Origin: a virus
Length of the DNA: 64,000 nt
IMG/VR virus record: IMGVR_UViG_3300032334_001128
Coordinates: 32,001-96,000 of that record
Reading direction: 5' to 3' (one strand)
Shown here: in pieces, positions 32,677 to 43,595 of the stretch
How the letters are laid out: the number at the start of each line of letters is the position of its first letter
Position numbering within the stretch: the first letter of the stretch is position 1
Program-made: the position numbers and the translations under genes
The notes under the pieces: generated by a model
What the model was told of the DNA's origin: nothing
What the model saw: the letters and a program-made list of their open reading frames with translations, nothing else
Databases searched by the model: none

Positions 32677-33225
32677 ATGCCAGCATATGTAATTAATGAC
32701 AGCTGGCTAACGTACGCCATCGGACAGGGTAGACGCCTAGCTAAAAGAAGCGTACGCCGAGGCCGTGGATTTGGTGGAAATCCTTCTGGTATAGGTGCGT
32801 CATCACGCCCTTCTCTTACTTATAAATTTTCTGGTGTAGTTTTTTACGAACCTGTTTTAGAAAGATATTTACACTCTCCTACCGGAGCCGTGGGACGCTG
32901 GATGACTGTCCAAGGAAATAAAGTAGTTGTCGGTGCTAAGGCTCAGGTTGGTGTACGAACCGGACGTCTAAGAGAATCTATTAGAATCCAGGACCATAGA
33001 GCCGACGCACGAGGCCAAGTAATGAAAATTGGATCTACTGTCAATTATGCCTACGTGCATCACGAGGGTATGAAACCAGTCGTAATCACCCCTAAGGGTA
33101 ATCACAAGACCCTCAGATTTAGAACCGGTGCTCGTATTATTTACAGTAGAAGAGTGGTTCACCCTGGATTTAAGCCAAATAGGTATTTGAAAGATAGCCT
33201 AAAATTAATAGATGGAGTTAAGTAA
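32677..33225 (+). CDS. HK97 gp10-like neck/tail protein
   Basis: AQVGVRTGRLRESI and +GS.V.YA.+HHEG motifs, with a basic V.HPG..PN.+L..+L C-terminus. Confidence 0.65.
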   Translation: MPAYVINDSWLTYAIGQGRRLAKRSVRRGRGFGGNPSGIGASSRPSLTYKFSGVVFYEPVLERYLHSPTGAVGRWMTVQGNKVVVGAKAQVGVRTGRLRESIRIQDHRADARGQVMKIGSTVNYAYVHHEGMKPVVITPKGNHKTLRFRTGARIIYSRRVVHPGFKPNRYLKDSLKLIDGVK

Positions 33226-33270
33226 ATAACTTCATGTCCACATTCAATACTAAATTAAGGATACGTAAAT

Positions 33271-33597
33271 ATGGCTAGATTCAAAGACTTTGGTGGATCA
33301 GTTGACACAACTGCTGAACCAGTAAAATTCAAGCTTTTTAACGAAGAGTTCGTATGCGTGAAGCAGCTTCAAGGCAAGGTTCTACTAGAACTTGTTGCTG
33401 ATTCAGGTTCGGACGATGCTGCAAAAACTGCATCAGTAATGACTAAGTTCTTCAAGACCGTTCTTCTCGATGAGAGCTACGAGCGATTCGACGCACTTCT
33501 AAACGACAAAGAAAAGATTGTTCCAGTAGAAACTCTTGCTGAGATCACATCATGGCTTGTCGAGGAGTACTCAGACCGCCCCAACGATCGGCCATAG
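33271..33597 (+). CDS. Tail assembly chaperone (gpG-like)
   Basis: Short acidic gene two ORFs before the tape measure gene. Confidence 0.65.
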   Translation: MARFKDFGGSVDTTAEPVKFKLFNEEFVCVKQLQGKVLLELVADSGSDDAAKTASVMTKFFKTVLLDESYERFDALLNDKEKIVPVETLAEITSWLVEEYSDRPNDRP

Positions 33598-34031
33598 GGT
33601 TAATCGAGTGGGGGCTCGACTTATGGCCGTACGTAAACGGTAAATGCATTTTAAATGGAATACGACTAGAAAGTTTGGAGGCATCTGACATGCTAGATGT
33701 ACTTCACTATCTTCTAGAAGATGCTTTTGATGTGAGCTCTGCGGAACAGGCTCAGGCTAGAGATCAGATTCGAACTACTTTATACAAAGACTTTTATGGC
33801 AAAACATACAAGTATGCTGCTAAAAAGAAAAACGATGGCTTTAGTACAGCTAGCGGATTTGACGATCAAGAGTTTGCTGAAGAGAATAAGTTGTCTGCTG
33901 AAGAAGATTCAGACATTAAACCATTTAATCCTAGGTATAAAGAACCTACCAAACCATTTACCCCTGCCACCGAAGTTGGACCTGACATGTTAGATCCTTT
34001 TGGTGGAGTACTAGATAGTCCATTGGGATAG
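33552..34031 (+). CDS. Second tail assembly chaperone ORF (gpT-like; start uncertain)
   Basis: Overlaps the previous gene in the -1 frame and directly precedes the tape measure gene. Confidence 0.55.
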   Translation: MACRGVLRPPQRSAIGLIEWGLDLWPYVNGKCILNGIRLESLEASDMLDVLHYLLEDAFDVSSAEQAQARDQIRTTLYKDFYGKTYKYAAKKKNDGFSTASGFDDQEFAEENKLSAEEDSDIKPFNPRYKEPTKPFTPATEVGPDMLDPFGGVLDSPLG

Positions 34032-34040
34032 AGGTGACGC

Positions 34041-37000
34041 ATGGCAATTGTAGGTGAAGCTCATATTATTGTTCGCGCTTTAACAAATAGAGTTAAAGGC
34101 GACATTCGTAATGGGTTCAGCGGATCTGAAAAACTTGGATCTCAGGCTGGTAAACAGATTAGTGGTGCTTTTTCTAAAGCATTCAACGCGGCTGGAAAAG
34201 ATGGTATATCTTTCTTTGGTCGCGTCTCTAAGGGCCTACAAGCCTTGCGTCCTGGTGCTGCTCAAGCATACGATGCATTTGCCTCTTTGCAACGTAAATT
34301 CTACACAATGGGAACCGCAGCTGGCGGTCTTATTGGTGGAATATCATCACTAGGTAGTGCTGCACTAGCACTTGGTGGTGCACTGGCAGCTGCTGCTCCA
34401 GCTGCAATAGCCCTTGGTGGAGCCATGGTGTCTCTCAAGCTTGCTGGCTTTGTAGGCAAACTTGCTATGAAGGGAGTTGCGGAAGCAGCTTCTGCCTTAT
34501 CTGAGCAACAGAAGGGTCTAGGCAAGACTGCTAGAGAACTTAGAGAAGATATGCAGCAGCTGGCTTTTGAAGCCGAAGAAGCTGCACTGGGGGAAATGAG
34601 AGCAGGACTGTCCCTAGAGCAGGCTAGAGAAAACCTAGCTATGGTACAGGATCTACCTCCTAACTCTAGAGCTAGACGAGAAGCTGAACTGGCATATGCC
34701 GAGGCCGATCTCAATATGAGACAGGCTATAGATCGAAATAAAGATCTACAGGAGCAGCAGGAGAAAGGCTCCAGAGGCTTCGGGCGTAATCCTATGGAAG
34801 ACGCTCTAAAAGGTCTAAACGTATATCAAAAAACTTTTGCTAAATTCTTAGCCGGATTATCTAAGTACATGACTAGACTTCGTCTAGTTGCAGCTAGAGG
34901 TCTATTGCCACCTCTTCAAAGTGCCATATCACTAATTGTTAAAAAGGGATTCCCTGTACTTGAAAAGGGTGTTGGTGCTATTGCAGTAGCAATGGGCAAG
35001 GCTGCTAAGGATTTTGCCAAAATAATCACCACCACTCAAAATCTTAAAGCAGTAAACTCCGTAATGCAAATGTCTGCTCATTTTATTCAGCAGATGGGAA
35101 AACCTTTAGGTAACATATTTGCAATATTAGTTTTGCTACTAAAACAAGCTGCTCCTTTGCTCAGCATGTTTACTAAATTTTTAAATAAAAAAACTAAAGG
35201 ATTTTTGTCTGATCTAAGGATCAAAGAGGCAACAGGTGAGCTAAGAAGATTCTTTGTTAGAGCTGGAAAGCTTGCTGCCCAGCTTGGAGCTATCCTCGGT
35301 AATACTTTTGGAGCTTTTGGTGGAATTGTTAAGGCTTCTGTAGGTAAGAACTCTGGCGGTGGATTACTACTAGATTGGTTCCAAGAAGTAACTGCAAAGT
35401 GGAAAGCACTTAGAAACGCACCTGAAGGCATTGAAAAAATGCGTGAAAGTCTTTATGTTGGGGCTAAAAATGCTAAAAGTCTGTTGCAGCTTGTTGGTGA
35501 CTTATTTAGAACTTTGTTTGGAACTCTTCAGACTCCAAATCTTCAACTATTCTTTGATGCGGTTAGAGCGGGAATACCTTCACTTAAAGACATGTTTGAA
35601 GAAGTTGGATCTGCTTTGCCAATTATGGGTGAGCTTATAACCAACATCCTAAGGTTTTTTGGAGCATTTGCACAGTCTGGTGCTGTAGTTGAGTTCTTTA
35701 AGATCTTAAATGGTGCAGCCAAAATGCTTGCAAACTTTATGGAAAAACCTATGGTAAAGGCGTTCTTTAAAGCTACTGCTAAAATTCACGCCTTTGCTCT
35801 TGCTTTTGGTATGCTAGCCATATATGGTGGCAAAGCCCTAGATATTGTTGTCGGTGGTGCAGCAAAATTTATGGGCTTTCTGGATAAGATGGCTCAGCAC
35901 CCTATTCTGACCTTTCTTGGCTTATTAGCCGGTGCATTTATATATTTATATAAAACTAATGCGGATTTTAAAGCTTCTATGGATGAGTCCTGGAAAGCAA
36001 TTCAGGATTTAATAAAGCCGGTTGTTGACGTAATAAATCTAGCTCTCAAAGAGTTTGGTCAATTAATTTCTTCCGAAGTTAGTGCTGGGGTTAACAAACT
36101 TATAGTTCCTTTGACTAAGTTGGCAGAGGTTCTTATGGCTTTAATTCCCCCGTTAATGGAAGCAATTGTTCCAACTCTAAAAATATTTGTAGATATTCTT
36201 GTACTGGTAATCAAATATGGATCTGATCTAGTTGCACAGTTTGTATCTTCATTAGTTCCTGCCATACAAATTCTCTCGGAACTAGTAGGAACTTTGCTTA
36301 AAGCATTTGCTCCTTTAGTAGAGCTTTTGATTAAAGATCTAATCCCAGTAATTGCCTTATTTATATCTCATATCATAAACTTGGCACTAACCCTATTAAA
36401 AGATTTTACTCCAGTAATTAAATCAATTATTGAAGCCATAACTCCACTTGTAAAAATATTTACGGAAATGGCTGGGACTGTACTTAGAGAGTTAATGGAT
36501 GCTTTCTATCAGCTTACCGCTGCATTTGTAGGTAAGGGTAACGGACTTAATGGAATAATTGGTGGACTAGTAGATCTGTTCGGTTCACTAGGTAAAATCA
36601 TTGCCGACACTGTAGTTCCAATATTTAATAATCTAGTCCAGCATATTTTCCCTCTGTTTAATCAAATGGTTGCTGAGCTTGCACCTGTAGTTATAAAACT
36701 TATTACTGACGTTCTTCCAATAATTGTAAAAATTGCAGAAGCTTTTGGAGAAGTATTTCTTCAAATTGCTAACGTTGCTATTCCTGTAATTTCTGGTCTT
36801 GTTAGCGCATTCCTGCCTATTATTAAAGTTCTAGCTGAGCAGCTAATTCCTATATTTGATTCCCTGCTCACTGCGGTTCTCCCTCTATTTAAGAGCATTA
36901 TTCCGGCAATTACTCCTTTAATTAGTGAATTAGCTTTGTTTATTCAAAAACTATTTGAAGCAGTTGTTCCATTTATAGAGAAACTTATGCCAAGCATAAT

Positions 37001-38756
37001 GTCTCTTATTGGGATGCTTCAACCTATATTTATTAAATTAATGGAAGTTATAACTCCAATAGCAGATCTCTTTATCCGACTATTAGATCCAATTCTATCT
37101 TTAGTCATGCTAATGCAGGATCTATTTTTAGAAGTTATTCAACTTGTAATAGACATAGTAATTTCTTTGGTAGAAACCCTACTGCCTCTTTTTGACATCT
37201 TTGTAAAGCTTATAGACCCGATCGAATCTCTGATCAAGAGTTTGCTTCCTCCACTAAAAACTATTATTTCCACAGTGGTGGATGTATTTATTACATTATT
37301 TAAATCAATTATGCCTGTAATTGACGCTCTTCTAGACATACTTATTCCAGTTATTGATACTTTAATAAGAACCGTAATTCCACCTTTGACTCAAATTATT
37401 ATGGTTCTTGTTGACTCTTTCCTTGATCTATTTAATGCAGTTATGCCAGCAATTTCTGGTGTACTAAAGGCTCTGCTTCCAGCGGTTGCTGATGTTGTTA
37501 AGGCTGTATCTCCACTAGTTCAGGTGCTTGTTAATCAGCTTGGCCCAATAATTTCAGACGTAATAATTCCTGTAATTAAGTCATTGATTGATCCTTTAAT
37601 CTCTATAGTTACAGTTTTTACAGATATTGTTAAAGCTCTTGCTCCATTTATTGCTCAGGTGGTTCAGCAATTAATGCCTGTAATTACAGAATTAGTTAAA
37701 ATTCTTGTGCCTCTTATAGATAGTTTAATAAAAATGTTACTGCCTGTTATTAAAGATATTTTGACAGCAATACTACCTTTGATCTCAGTTCTAATTGCTG
37801 ATCTAGTTCCGGTATTTGGCGATATTATTACGGCATTGATGCCTTTTATTACAACTTTGCTTAACCAACTTATTCCTGTAGTTATGCAATTACTTCATGC
37901 TTTAGAACCAATTATAGATTTATTGTTGGATATACTCAAGCCACTTCTTCCTATAATTAGTGATCTATTTAAACAATTATTGCCCCCTATTCTTGAAATT
38001 GTTAAAGCATTTTCTAAATCTCTTGGACCTATACTAGAGCTTCTTCTTACACTTATAGAACCAGTGATTGACGTCATAACTACTTTGGCTAGCATTCTCT
38101 CTGGTACGTTGAGCATAGGGATTGCAGGTATGGTAAATGGGTTAAAACTTATAATGCCTGCAGTCATCGGCGTTACAGATGTGATTGCCAAGCTTGCAAC
38201 AGGAATTGTAACTGGTCTTGCTAATGCGTTTACTTTCCTTATTAATATGGCTAAAGGTTTTGCAATTGTTTTTAAGCAAATATTTACTGGAATAAATATA
38301 GTCATAAAAGCAGTACTAAATGGTCTTTTAATTGCAGTTGAAGCTGTACTTAACTTTATTATTGCTTCAATTAACACCTTGTTAGATGGAATTAATATAG
38401 TTCTTGATGGCATAAAGATTGCAACTTTTGGTGCTGTAGACATACATCTAGATCCAATTAAGCCAGTAAAACTTACTAGGCTAGCTGAGGGTGGTACTGT
38501 AATGCCTAGCCCTGGTGGATCTATTGTTAACATTGCTGAAGCTGGTAAGCCTGAAAGAGTAGTCCCTCTGGACTCAAACGGGCTATCTGCTGGAGATAAA
38601 GCTGTTTTAACTGCGATCAAAGACATGGCAGCTTCTGGTGCCGGAGGACCTGGCATTGAAATTAACGTCTATGCTAGTGAAGGAATGAGCGTCAAGGATC
38701 TAGCAGCTGAGGTATCAAGACAACTTTCATTCTCAATGCGTAAGGGCACGATCTAA
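34041..38756 (+). CDS. Tape measure protein
   Basis: 1571 aa; MAIVGEAHI.V.A N-terminus, coiled-coil and hydrophobic segments, a long amphipathic repeat region, and a LAEGG.V.P..GG....AEAG.PE.V+PL C-terminal motif. Confidence 0.9.
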   Translation: MAIVGEAHIIVRALTNRVKGDIRNGFSGSEKLGSQAGKQISGAFSKAFNAAGKDGISFFGRVSKGLQALRPGAAQAYDAFASLQRKFYTMGTAAGGLIGGISSLGSAALALGGALAAAAPAAIALGGAMVSLKLAGFVGKLAMKGVAEAASALSEQQKGLGKTARELREDMQQLAFEAEEAALGEMRAGLSLEQARENLAMVQDLPPNSRARREAELAYAEADLNMRQAIDRNKDLQEQQEKGSRGFGRNPMEDALKGLNVYQKTFAKFLAGLSKYMTRLRLVAARGLLPPLQSAISLIVKKGFPVLEKGVGAIAVAMGKAAKDFAKIITTTQNLKAVNSVMQMSAHFIQQMGKPLGNIFAILVLLLKQAAPLLSMFTKFLNKKTKGFLSDLRIKEATGELRRFFVRAGKLAAQLGAILGNTFGAFGGIVKASVGKNSGGGLLLDWFQEVTAKWKALRNAPEGIEKMRESLYVGAKNAKSLLQLVGDLFRTLFGTLQTPNLQLFFDAVRAGIPSLKDMFEEVGSALPIMGELITNILRFFGAFAQSGAVVEFFKILNGAAKMLANFMEKPMVKAFFKATAKIHAFALAFGMLAIYGGKALDIVVGGAAKFMGFLDKMAQHPILTFLGLLAGAFIYLYKTNADFKASMDESWKAIQDLIKPVVDVINLALKEFGQLISSEVSAGVNKLIVPLTKLAEVLMALIPPLMEAIVPTLKIFVDILVLVIKYGSDLVAQFVSSLVPAIQILSELVGTLLKAFAPLVELLIKDLIPVIALFISHIINLALTLLKDFTPVIKSIIEAITPLVKIFTEMAGTVLRELMDAFYQLTAAFVGKGNGLNGIIGGLVDLFGSLGKIIADTVVPIFNNLVQHIFPLFNQMVAELAPVVIKLITDVLPIIVKIAEAFGEVFLQIANVAIPVISGLVSAFLPIIKVLAEQLIPIFDSLLTAVLPLFKSIIPAITPLISELALFIQKLFEAVVPFIEKLMPSIMSLIGMLQPIFIKLMEVITPIADLFIRLLDPILSLVMLMQDLFLEVIQLVIDIVISLVETLLPLFDIFVKLIDPIESLIKSLLPPLKTIISTVVDVFITLFKSIMPVIDALLDILIPVIDTLIRTVIPPLTQIIMVLVDSFLDLFNAVMPAISGVLKALLPAVADVVKAVSPLVQVLVNQLGPIISDVIIPVIKSLIDPLISIVTVFTDIVKALAPFIAQVVQQLMPVITELVKILVPLIDSLIKMLLPVIKDILTAILPLISVLIADLVPVFGDIITALMPFITTLLNQLIPVVMQLLHALEPIIDLLLDILKPLLPIISDLFKQLLPPILEIVKAFSKSLGPILELLLTLIEPVIDVITTLASILSGTLSIGIAGMVNGLKLIMPAVIGVTDVIAKLATGIVTGLANAFTFLINMAKGFAIVFKQIFTGINIVIKAVLNGLLIAVEAVLNFIIASINTLLDGINIVLDGIKIATFGAVDIHLDPIKPVKLTRLAEGGTVMPSPGGSIVNIAEAGKPERVVPLDSNGLSAGDKAVLTAIKDMAASGAGGPGIEINVYASEGMSVKDLAAEVSRQLSFSMRKGTI

Positions 38757-38759
38757 AAA

Positions 38760-40400
38760 ATGATAAAGACAAACTATGTATATAACCCAACGTTTAGTTT
38801 GGGCACGGCTGGGTGGTCTACATCCAACGCTACTCTTTCTAAAGTAGCTAGCTCTATAGCATCTCCGTCATACTATGGGGATTCTTACGGCAGCTTATCT
38901 AAGACTGGAACTAGCAACCCGTCTATCTATACAACTACTAAGTTAGCTACTACCGTGGGGTCTACATATACCTTCTCGGCATATGTAAAAATTCCTACTG
39001 GCCAAGAGTCAGGAACTTATCAGCTATCTATTGGATGGTATACAGCGGTACCTGCTTTAGTTTCTACATCAACTTCAACTAGTACATCACTGACTAGTTC
39101 GTCTGGCTGGACAAGGATCACTGTTACTGGTACTGCTCCAGCTACTTCTACTCAGGCTCAGCTGAACATTATAAATACAAGTGGAAGTACAGTCGGTCAA
39201 ATATTTTTGGTTGACGCACTTCAGTTTGAAAATAATGCTACTGCTAGCCCCTTTGTTGAGCCAATCAGTCAAGATCAAGAAAATAACAAAACTAACAATG
39301 TTTTACGTCCGGTTCCTCCTCCACATCTAACCGGTATTGAGCTTAACGCTGATATCATGCTTAATGGACTTCTTCTTAACACAATTGACAACAACAATGT
39401 TTTGTGGGTATGTACTGACATTAAAGGTTGGTGGGATCTTCCAGATCCTGAAATTCTAGATCTTACAAGAGGTCTGGATGACGGTTCATATGATGTGAGC
39501 GGAAGATACACAGCTAGAAATCTAACTTTAACTGGGTCAATTCTTGTACCTAGTAGAACATACACAGCTGCGGCTAGAGATAGATTGATTTCAGCTATAA
39601 ACTTAGTAGCTACTGGTGGGTGGTTGTATGTAGATGAAAGCCCTACTAAAGCAGCTTACGTACGTTTGAGCGGACGTCCAAACATCGAGGTTGTTAACGC
39701 TAGAGGTCGTATTGACTTCTCTATTGGCCTAAAAGCAGCTAATCCAGTAAAGTTTAAATGGAACTGGAATGATGCTAATGGCTATGAGTACTCATCAGTG
39801 TCTGCAGGCGGATCTACTGCTATAACTAATGCAGGAAATTACCCCGTACCTGTTGTGTACACGCTTACTGGAGGAACCAGTGGCTTGACTGCTCCTATAA
39901 CAATTGTAAACTCTACTACCGGTAAAACACTGACTGTAACTAAAAAAATCCGTGGGTCTACCTACTCCGAGTCTATTGGGACTACCCTGGTAGCTTCTGG
40001 TGTAGTGACTATTGGATTTGGCGCAACTGTTCACTCTTTCTTAGTTGGAGATATTGTAAACGTAGCCAGTATTAGTACTGCTGGTCGTACCGGTCTGAAT
40101 ACTACTGGTGCTGTTATCACAGACGTAACTGATACAACTTTAAGTTTTGCAAAAACTACTGGTGATTTAGCGTCTCTTTCTACTAATGGAACTGTAACTT
40201 TAGCTGCGGCTGACATTTTAGAAATTGATACTTATAATAAGTCTGCCGTATTTAATGGATCTTCAAGTATTGCTAGATCTTATATTGATACTTTGACAGA
40301 TTGGACAACTCTTCTACCTGGAAGCAATACCATTCAATTTACCCCGACGTCTGGATCTACATCCTTAACTGTAAAATACAGATCTGGTTGGATCGGTTAG
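38760..40400 (+). CDS. Distal tail (Dit-like) protein with an N-terminal carbohydrate-binding-like module
   Basis: First gene after the TMP. N-terminal NP.F..G..GW...YTFSAYVK...W.R+.VT...DA.Q.E (CBM-like), then a Dit-like GWW..P......R...DG...AR.+TL.G region. Confidence 0.7.
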   Translation: MIKTNYVYNPTFSLGTAGWSTSNATLSKVASSIASPSYYGDSYGSLSKTGTSNPSIYTTTKLATTVGSTYTFSAYVKIPTGQESGTYQLSIGWYTAVPALVSTSTSTSTSLTSSSGWTRITVTGTAPATSTQAQLNIINTSGSTVGQIFLVDALQFENNATASPFVEPISQDQENNKTNNVLRPVPPPHLTGIELNADIMLNGLLLNTIDNNNVLWVCTDIKGWWDLPDPEILDLTRGLDDGSYDVSGRYTARNLTLTGSILVPSRTYTAAARDRLISAINLVATGGWLYVDESPTKAAYVRLSGRPNIEVVNARGRIDFSIGLKAANPVKFKWNWNDANGYEYSSVSAGGSTAITNAGNYPVPVVYTLTGGTSGLTAPITIVNSTTGKTLTVTKKIRGSTYSESIGTTLVASGVVTIGFGATVHSFLVGDIVNVASISTAGRTGLNTTGAVITDVTDTTLSFAKTTGDLASLSTNGTVTLAAADILEIDTYNKSAVFNGSSSIARSYIDTLTDWTTLLPGSNTIQFTPTSGSTSLTVKYRSGWIG

Positions 40401-40445
40401 AATAGATATATAAATGACGATTAGACGCAAGGTTAAATATATCCA

Positions 40446-43400
40446 ATGGTAGATGCTGCAACGTATAAATACTTTACTGTTGACATAGTAAGTAACACAA
40501 TACTCGCTGAAATTCCTTTTAGTGATGTGAGTTTTGAGCGAGCTCTAAAAGGTTCTGGAAAATTTGCTGGAACCATAGCTATTAGCGAAGAAACAAACAA
40601 TTTAGATCTATATGAATCAACTATGCCTGGTAGAACTGCTGTTTACGTTTTACGAAACGGAGTTTGCGTATGGGGCGGAATTATTTGGTCAAGAGACTAC
40701 AAAGTAACAAGTAAGGAGTTATCTGTAGACGCTTCTGAGTTCACTAGTTATCTACAACACAGGTACGTATGGAAAACTTTTAATTACAATCTTGAAGCAA
40801 AGGCTGAAAAAACTGTAGCTGGTGGAAATGTTAAAATTACTTTCCTAAATAGAAGCTACACCATGCCTACTCTGGACAGCGCTGGAAATAGAGTAAAAGC
40901 GTACATAAGTTTTGGTGAGCAAGGCTATGCCCAATACGGTGGATTCTATGAAGTTCTAAGTAGTCCTGCACCCACAAATACTTATTTTTATGTCAAGATC
41001 CCTAAGCTACCTACTAGAGCTAGCAGTTACTATTCAAAAGTCACTGTCACTGCAAAAGTAGATACGTATCAATACATACGAGATATGCTTGATGGAGTTT
41101 TTAGTGATTTTATTGATACTGAATTTGCTAACGAGTTAATTGCACCTGGTGTTAAAGAAGCTAATACAATTACATATAGAAAAGTAGATAATTCAATAGC
41201 TACAATAACAACGCTTTCTGCCCACGGGTTAATTCCGGGCCAACGTGTAGAAATTGTAAATTTATATGTAACTGAATTAAATGGTACTTTTACGGTTCTC
41301 TCTGTTCCGTCGTCAAATACTTTTACTTATGATGTAACTGGTTTAATTTCTACACTTGCAATAAATACATCTCCACTAACTAGCGTTTACTATCCAATAA
41401 AGAGCAGACGCGTCACCGAAACAAGTAAGCGTGGAATTACTAAAGTAAAAAGAATTTCAAATGTGGCTTATATAACCACTAGATATCCTCACAAATTTGC
41501 TGTTGGAGATATTATCACAATGAAAGTTGAAGAAAAATATAAAGCTTTCAACAACGGAGATCCTGCGGTACCTGTAACAGTTACATCTGTTCCTAGCGAT
41601 AAAGTGTTTACTTATGCAAACACTGGGTCAAATACTTCATCTGATGGAGTAACTGTGACAGACTCTAGATGTGAGTTTTCTGTTAGTAGAAAAATTCTTG
41701 AATTAACAGTATACGATGGCTACAGTTTAAACTTTAGTGCTGATGACTATGTATTAGTAAATGGTGTAGATGATCCGTCATGGGGAGTACCTATGTATGA
41801 TGGGTACAAATATGTGATTGCTACTGATACGGCTTCTCCTAAAACTTGGTTCCAGTTTGATCCTGAATTTGATATGACTGTAGAACCGTCAAGTGTTACT
41901 CAGATCAAAACTAAAAAATATACAACATCTAGTAATTTAATTACTATTGTCACGAATTCTGCTCATGGATTTATGGTTGGTGACACCATTATCATAAATA
42001 TGGCTAAAGCTGATAAATTTTATGATGGTACTCAGACCATAAAAACAGTCACAAATTCTACAACTTTCTCATACACTCCTAAAGACCCTGGAACTGCTGA
42101 TACTAAACAAGCAATGGCAGCTGGAACTGCTAAACGTATAAAGACTCAGCTTGCCCCTATTGCAAACACTTCTTACACTATAGAGGCAAAAAAGCGGGTA
42201 TTGTCTACTGCAACAATTAGAACTACTGCGGCCCATGGCTTTGTTGTTGGAGATACAGTACTTGTTTCTTGTGATGATACGACTTTTAATAACTCAGACT
42301 CTCCTGTGCTCATCCTTGACGTACCTACTACTACAACTTTCTCATACACAAGTGTTGGAACATCGGTGCCCACCTTGATTGCTGCTACTGGTACAGCAGT
42401 TGCTGTGTATACAAATTATGGCGTGGCTAGATACCCAACTCATATATCATCTAGCGGAACTTCTAGAACTATCTATTTCTATGGAGACGAGCATGGGTTT
42501 ACTGCAAATCAATTTGTAACTGTTTACATAAAAGGTAAAACAAAATATAACAACAATAGTATTCCTGTACAAATTACATCTGTTACTGATAACAGCTTTA
42601 CATACACTGTTACTGGATCATATACTGAATCTTATGTGGCTGCCCCGGATGATAGCAAAGTTCTAAAATCCGCCACAGTTTCTAAAATTCCTACTGCATT
42701 CTCTAGAACTTATGGAGAGTTTCCTAATAATGCTGGCATGGGTGGAATTACTTATAGTAGTAATAACTATAGCCAAAAGGAGATCATCAATGCTCCGGTA
42801 ATTGGAAGTGCCTTGACAAACGTTGGGGATATGCTTAACAAATACTCAAATAGCGTAAATGGATTCCAATATAGAATAGATTGCTCCGTCGAGAGTGTTG
42901 GCGGTATAAATGTATTCAAACGAAAATTTGTTCTTATACCTAGAACTCCTACTAGTCTTACTACTTACTTACTAACAAATCCTCTTGATCCTGGAGAGTA
43001 TGCTCCTATAAGTGCTTTTGGTGCAGACAAACTTACTTTTGAGTACCCAGCGAATATTAACGATGTAACTCTGCAAGAAAATGCTGAAAATGGGGTAACT
43101 CGTATGTTTGTAGTAGGTGATGGTAAGGGATCTGGCGGTGGAGATACTGGTGCTAGATATTCTGCTGCATCTGATAATGCACTACTAGATGATGGATGGC
43201 CTTTACTAGAAAGTAGTGAAAAAGTTAGCTGGCCTTTAGTAGGTTACAATCAGATCAACTTGGATAACTGGGGTAATTACGATGTTGAAGGAGATCTACA
43301 AAAATCTGCAGAACGTTTCTTAGCTGAGTCAAAGCCACCTATGGGTGAGTATTCAGTAGAAGTTAATGGATCTATTGACCCTGCCGTTGGTTCATATAAT

Positions 43401-43595
43401 CCAGGAGATTGGTGTCAAATAGTTATTAAGGATGATTTTATCTCTAAGCGTCTAAATAGTGCACTCGAGCCAAGAAAGAATGCAATACTTAGAAAAATTG
43501 AATCTATTAAGGTAAAAGTTCCTGAGGGCCCGGAAGCCACCGAAACTGTAACATTAAACTTAGTTCCAGAATGGGATATTGATCGACATGGGTAG
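40446..43595 (+). CDS. Minor tail / baseplate hub protein with five inserted beta modules
   Basis: N-terminal F.R.L.G.G.F.G.+...PGRT.+.V.R.G..VWGGIIW motif and C-terminal ...GDW..+.+.D motif, typical of actinophage minor tail proteins. Confidence 0.75.
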   Translation: MVDAATYKYFTVDIVSNTILAEIPFSDVSFERALKGSGKFAGTIAISEETNNLDLYESTMPGRTAVYVLRNGVCVWGGIIWSRDYKVTSKELSVDASEFTSYLQHRYVWKTFNYNLEAKAEKTVAGGNVKITFLNRSYTMPTLDSAGNRVKAYISFGEQGYAQYGGFYEVLSSPAPTNTYFYVKIPKLPTRASSYYSKVTVTAKVDTYQYIRDMLDGVFSDFIDTEFANELIAPGVKEANTITYRKVDNSIATITTLSAHGLIPGQRVEIVNLYVTELNGTFTVLSVPSSNTFTYDVTGLISTLAINTSPLTSVYYPIKSRRVTETSKRGITKVKRISNVAYITTRYPHKFAVGDIITMKVEEKYKAFNNGDPAVPVTVTSVPSDKVFTYANTGSNTSSDGVTVTDSRCEFSVSRKILELTVYDGYSLNFSADDYVLVNGVDDPSWGVPMYDGYKYVIATDTASPKTWFQFDPEFDMTVEPSSVTQIKTKKYTTSSNLITIVTNSAHGFMVGDTIIINMAKADKFYDGTQTIKTVTNSTTFSYTPKDPGTADTKQAMAAGTAKRIKTQLAPIANTSYTIEAKKRVLSTATIRTTAAHGFVVGDTVLVSCDDTTFNNSDSPVLILDVPTTTTFSYTSVGTSVPTLIAATGTAVAVYTNYGVARYPTHISSSGTSRTIYFYGDEHGFTANQFVTVYIKGKTKYNNNSIPVQITSVTDNSFTYTVTGSYTESYVAAPDDSKVLKSATVSKIPTAFSRTYGEFPNNAGMGGITYSSNNYSQKEIINAPVIGSALTNVGDMLNKYSNSVNGFQYRIDCSVESVGGINVFKRKFVLIPRTPTSLTTYLLTNPLDPGEYAPISAFGADKLTFEYPANINDVTLQENAENGVTRMFVVGDGKGSGGGDTGARYSAASDNALLDDGWPLLESSEKVSWPLVGYNQINLDNWGNYDVEGDLQKSAERFLAESKPPMGEYSVEVNGSIDPAVGSYNPGDWCQIVIKDDFISKRLNSALEPRKNAILRKIESIKVKVPEGPEATETVTLNLVPEWDIDRHG

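Noticed and set aside
37895-38656. 253-aa - strand ORF inside the tape measure gene
   Set aside because: Antisense shadow caused by codon bias; the + strand protein has the conserved TMP C-terminal motif.
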